This document shows, piece after piece, positions 34,883 through 37,867 of a stretch of 37,867 nucleotides of DNA (positions are counted from its first letter, which is position 1; each line of letters starts with the position of its first letter). The DNA is taken from assembly GCA_947630195.1 (NCBI GenBank), contig CANRGQ010000002.1, forward strand, positions 1-37,867. The letters are read 5' to 3'. The notes beneath the pieces were generated by a model, which was not told the DNA's origin, ran no database searches, and saw only the letters and a program-made list of their open reading frames with translations. This DNA comes from an uncultured Bacilli bacterium. GTDB taxonomy: Bacteria > Bacillota_I > Bacilli_A > RF39 > UBA660. The position numbers and the translations under genes were made by a program.

Positions 34883-34946
34883 TTGGACATTTTGTTCAAT
34901 TATTTTATTTCCCTGACATCGTTCGACAAATTTTTTATATTTCATC

Positions 34947-34955
34947 TGTTATAAT
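34947..34955 (+). promoter_or_regulatory. extended -10 element (TGtTATAAT) upstream of the YhcG-like gene
   Basis: Read directly, about 30 nt upstream of the ATG at 34985. Confidence 0.5.
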
Positions 34956-34984
34956 ATCTTCTTGTTTTTGAACGGAGATTTATA

Positions 34985-35914
34985 ATGCAAAGAAAATTTT
35001 ATAATGAAATAACCAAAATTATTGAAAATTATGAAGTAAATAAAAAGGTAAGAGAAAGACAAAATAATAGAGAGGAATTATTATCTAAATGGAAAATTGG
35101 GAAACTTCTAGTTGAAGCCCAAGGTGGAGAGCAAAGAGCTAAATATGGAAATAAATTAATCAACGAATGGTCGAAAGAGTTTTCATTAATTTATGGAAAT
35201 GGTTATAGTGCTAGAAATTTAAGAAAAATGCGCCAATTTTATCAAACATTTCCAATTTGGCCGCCAGTGGTGGCCAAATTATCATGGTCACATATTATGG
35301 AACTTTTATCAATAAAAAATGAAAATGAGAGAAATTATTATATTAATCAGGTTATCTTGAATAATTTATCAAAAAGAGAATTAAGAAAAGAAATAAAAAA
35401 TAAATCTTTTGATAGATTATCTTATGCTGATAAAAATAATATAAAGTTAATTGATAATAACAAGAATTTACCAATATCAATTAGGGATATGATTAAAGAT
35501 CCAATAATACTAGAAACTAATAAAAATATTTCTAACTTAAATGAAAAGATAATTCATAAAGAATTAATTAATTTACTCGAAAATAAATTTTTAGAATTAG
35601 GTACGGGCTTTACTCTTGCTGGTCATGAATACAAAATAACCCTTGATAATAAAACTTATAAAATAGATTTACTTTTCTTTAATGTCGAAATTAATGCCTA
35701 CGTTGTTGTGGAAGTTAAAAATAGAGAATTTAAACCAAGTGATATAGGGCAAATTGATTTCTATATGAAACTTATAGATGATAAACTTAGAAAGAATTAT
35801 CATAACAAAACTGAAGGTATCTTAATAGTTAAAGAAAAAAATAAATATATTGTTAAATATATGACTAATGATAATATTTATATTACAAATTTTAGTTTAG
35901 AGCAAATATCTTAA
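34985..35914 (+). CDS. YhcG/DUF1016-family PDDEXK nuclease-domain protein
   Basis: The N-terminus has the YhcG pattern (WKIGKLL...YG..LI...S......GYS.RNL..MRQFY..F......LSWSH...L). The C-terminus has a PD-(D/E)xK-like core (IDLLFFN...VVVEVK). Confidence 0.8.
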   Translation: MQRKFYNEITKIIENYEVNKKVRERQNNREELLSKWKIGKLLVEAQGGEQRAKYGNKLINEWSKEFSLIYGNGYSARNLRKMRQFYQTFPIWPPVVAKLSWSHIMELLSIKNENERNYYINQVILNNLSKRELRKEIKNKSFDRLSYADKNNIKLIDNNKNLPISIRDMIKDPIILETNKNISNLNEKIIHKELINLLENKFLELGTGFTLAGHEYKITLDNKTYKIDLLFFNVEINAYVVVEVKNREFKPSDIGQIDFYMKLIDDKLRKNYHNKTEGILIVKEKNKYIVKYMTNDNIYITNFSLEQIS

Positions 35915-35918
35915 AAAA

Positions 35919-35945
35919 ATAAAGAAATTTAATTCTTTATTTTTG
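35919..35945. terminator. bidirectional hairpin terminator between convergent genes
   Basis: ATAAAGAA-(6)-TTCTTTAT is flanked by A-run and T-run sequences on both sides. Confidence 0.6.
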
Positions 35946-37634
35946 GTTTTCTTTTATATAATTATTAACATAATCAATAACATCAATGGCATTCATATCA
36001 GTTGAGACTTCTTCACATCTTTTTTTAACTTCCACAAGTTCTTCCTCTATTTTTTTACCAATAGTTATTCTTAATGGGATACCTATTAAATCCATATCTT
36101 TAAATTTAACGCCTGGTCTTTCATCTCTATCATCTAGTAAGACCTCTATTCCTAAATTTTTTAAACTAGCATAGATTTTATTTGCCCATTCTACTTGTCT
36201 TTCATTTTTATTATCAATTAAGACAATACATACTTGATAAGGGGCTACATTTACAGGTAAAATCATTCCATGTTCATCATTATTTTGTTCAATTAAAGCC
36301 GCCATTACTCGACCTGGACCAATTCCATAACAACCCATAACTACTGGATGCGATTTATTACATTCATCTAAATAAGTTAAATTTAATTTCTCCGAATACT
36401 TCGTTCCTAATTTAAAGATATTGCCAATTTCAATACCTTTTTTGAAATATAGTTTACCCCCACATACAGGACAAGTATCGCCTTCTTTAACACTTACGAT
36501 ATCTCCTACAATATCATATTTAAAATCTTTTACATTCACATTTAGATAATGATATCCTTCTTTATTAGCTCCACAACAGAAGTTATGCATTGTAAGTATT
36601 TCTTTGTCAATAACTATCTTTGCCTTCAAATCAATTGGGCCTGTATAACCTGGTACGGCATTGGAAGTTGCAATTAACTCATCATCCGCAAAATTTATTT
36701 CGGATACCCCAAGTAGTTTAGAAGCTTTAACTAAATTTAATTCTCTATCTCCTCTTACAAAGAAGATTACTAATTCCTCATCAGCTTTCATAAGTAAAGC
36801 TTTAACAGATTTTTTAATATCTAAATTTAAGTATTCGCATACTTCTTCAATAGTTTCTTTATTTTTAGTTTCCACTAATTCTAATTTTTTATCTTCTTCT
36901 TTATTTTCCTCATTACTTACAACTTCGGATACTTCTAAGTTAGAAGCATAATCACAATTATCACATAAAACTAAAACATCTTCGCCAATATCCGTAACGG
37001 CTTGGTATTCTTCGGATAAAGAACCACCCATAACACCCGTATCAGCTTTAACTATTTTATAGTCAATTCCCAGTCTATCATAAATATTATTATAAGCATT
37101 ACGCATATTTAAATAAGATTTATCTAATCCTTCTTCATCTTTATCAAAAGAATAAGCATCTTTCATAATAAATTCTCTTACTCTGATAAGTCCATATCTT
37201 GGTCTTGGTTCATCTCTAAATTTATCGGCTTGTTGATAAATTGTAAATGGTAAATCCTTATAACTATTAATAACAGAAGAAGCCGCAATAGTAAATAACT
37301 CTTCATGCGTAGGACCTAAAGCATAAGGCTTACCATATCTATCTTCCATTTTAAACATACTATCCCCTAAGGATGCTACTCTTCCACATTTCTCATAATA
37401 TTCTAAAGGGATTAAACTAGGCATTAAAACCTCTTCTGCTCCTGCTTTATCCATTTCTTCTTTAATTATCTTTTTAATATTTTCTAAAACTCTTAACCCC
37501 ATCGGCAAATACATATAAATTCCGGCGCCAACTTTTTTAATCATTCCGGAACGAACAAGTAAATTTCCACTTCTACTTTCTTCATCTTTGGCATCTTCTC
37601 TTAAAGTATAAAAATAACTTCCTTTTAATTTCAT
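35937..37634 (-). CDS. proS: proline--tRNA ligase (bacterial type with editing insertion)
   Basis: The 565-aa product contains YFYTLRE, SGMIKKVGAGIYMYLPMGLRVLENI, PTHEE, a class II core, an INS-sized insertion and a C-terminal anticodon-binding domain. Confidence 0.95.
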   Translation of the reverse strand: MKLKGSYFYTLREDAKDEESRSGNLLVRSGMIKKVGAGIYMYLPMGLRVLENIKKIIKEEMDKAGAEEVLMPSLIPLEYYEKCGRVASLGDSMFKMEDRYGKPYALGPTHEELFTIAASSVINSYKDLPFTIYQQADKFRDEPRPRYGLIRVREFIMKDAYSFDKDEEGLDKSYLNMRNAYNNIYDRLGIDYKIVKADTGVMGGSLSEEYQAVTDIGEDVLVLCDNCDYASNLEVSEVVSNEENKEEDKKLELVETKNKETIEEVCEYLNLDIKKSVKALLMKADEELVIFFVRGDRELNLVKASKLLGVSEINFADDELIATSNAVPGYTGPIDLKAKIVIDKEILTMHNFCCGANKEGYHYLNVNVKDFKYDIVGDIVSVKEGDTCPVCGGKLYFKKGIEIGNIFKLGTKYSEKLNLTYLDECNKSHPVVMGCYGIGPGRVMAALIEQNNDEHGMILPVNVAPYQVCIVLIDNKNERQVEWANKIYASLKNLGIEVLLDDRDERPGVKFKDMDLIGIPLRITIGKKIEEELVEVKKRCEEVSTDMNAIDVIDYVNNYIKENQK

Positions 37635-37658
37635 AATTTGCCTTCTTTCATATGTTTA

Positions 37659-37687
37659 ATTATAATAGAATAAGGCTAATATTTCAA
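37659..37687 (-). promoter_or_regulatory. sigma-A promoter (TTGAAA-17-TATAAT) of proS
   Basis: Read directly on the minus strand. It is only about 25 nt from the RBS, which leaves no room for a T-box leader. Confidence 0.65.
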
Positions 37688-37707
37688 TAAAATGTTTTAA
37701 TTTAGAC

Positions 37708-37733
37708 AGCAAAAAAGCCCGAATATTCAGGCC
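37708..37733 (-). terminator. rho-independent terminator after rpsI
   Basis: GCCUG-AAUAUU-CGGGC is followed by U6 on the minus strand. Confidence 0.75.
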
Positions 37734-37758
37734 TTTTGAAACACATTGAAATATAATC

Positions 37759-37867
37759 TTAACGTTTTGAGAATTGTGGAGCACGACGAGCTTTCTTTAA
37801 ACCATATTTCTTACGTTCTTTAACTCGTGCATCTCTTGTAACAAAACCTTGAGTTTTTAAAATATGT
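37759..37867 (-). CDS. rpsI: 30S ribosomal protein S9, C-terminal fragment (gene continues beyond the window)
   Basis: The translation is ...[29 protein letters not shown], matching the conserved S9 C-terminus. Confidence 0.85.
   Translation of the reverse strand, partial: HILKTQGFVTRDARVKERKKYGLKKARRAPQFSKR

Noticed and set aside
37635-37707. T-box leader expected upstream of an aminoacyl-tRNA synthetase (proS)
   Set aside because: Only about 70 nt separate the rpsI terminator from the proS ATG, and a TTGAAA-17-TATAAT promoter occupies that space. There is no room for a T-box, and I saw no specifier or T-box sequence.
1-37867. CRISPR arrays, tRNA or rRNA genes, IS elements, integrases, prophage structural genes, and genetic code 4
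   Set aside because: I saw none of these. There are no regularly spaced repeats, no tRNA-like GC islands with a TPsiC motif, and no transposase or recombinase motifs. TGA clearly terminates several well-conserved genes (for example uvrB), so the standard code applies.

Overview
This window is about 38 kb of very AT-rich chromosome (my visual estimate is 25-30% GC) from a low-GC Bacillota or Mollicutes-like bacterium. It uses the standard genetic code: TGA acts as a stop, for example at the uvrB/SDR ATGA junction. Coding density is high and most genes lie on the minus strand. Housekeeping genes are clearly recognisable: uvrA, uvrB, proS, the 3' end of rpsI, trxB, lgt, a cyclophilin lipoprotein, an ABC-F ATPase, MscS and an SDR. 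I saw no rRNA, tRNA, CRISPR array, transposase or integrase. Accessory content sits between these genes.

- **DinJ/YafQ:** a toxin-antitoxin pair with 11-bp-phased upstream repeats.
- **ClpX-type ATPase:** it has a non-canonical 230-aa N-domain and a coupled small gene.
- **Dcd-like operon:** a very acidic 508-aa protein is followed by three dCTP-deaminase-fold modules split over two genes, and each module lacks part of the catalytic motif set.
- **Radical-SAM operon:** a radical-SAM/SPASM enzyme is translationally coupled to a protein that resembles the helical domain of phage thymidine-hypermodification enzymes. A 175-aa unknown follows.
- **G9-interrupted gene:** a secreted-protein gene is interrupted at a G9 homopolymer. 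This looks like a phase-variation switch, and the gene also carries a GC-rich 3' patch.
- **Candidate RNAs:** one is a promoter-to-terminator sRNA upstream of uvrB. The other is a GC-rich leader upstream of the ABC-F gene.

All functional calls come from motif recognition by eye. No database search was run.
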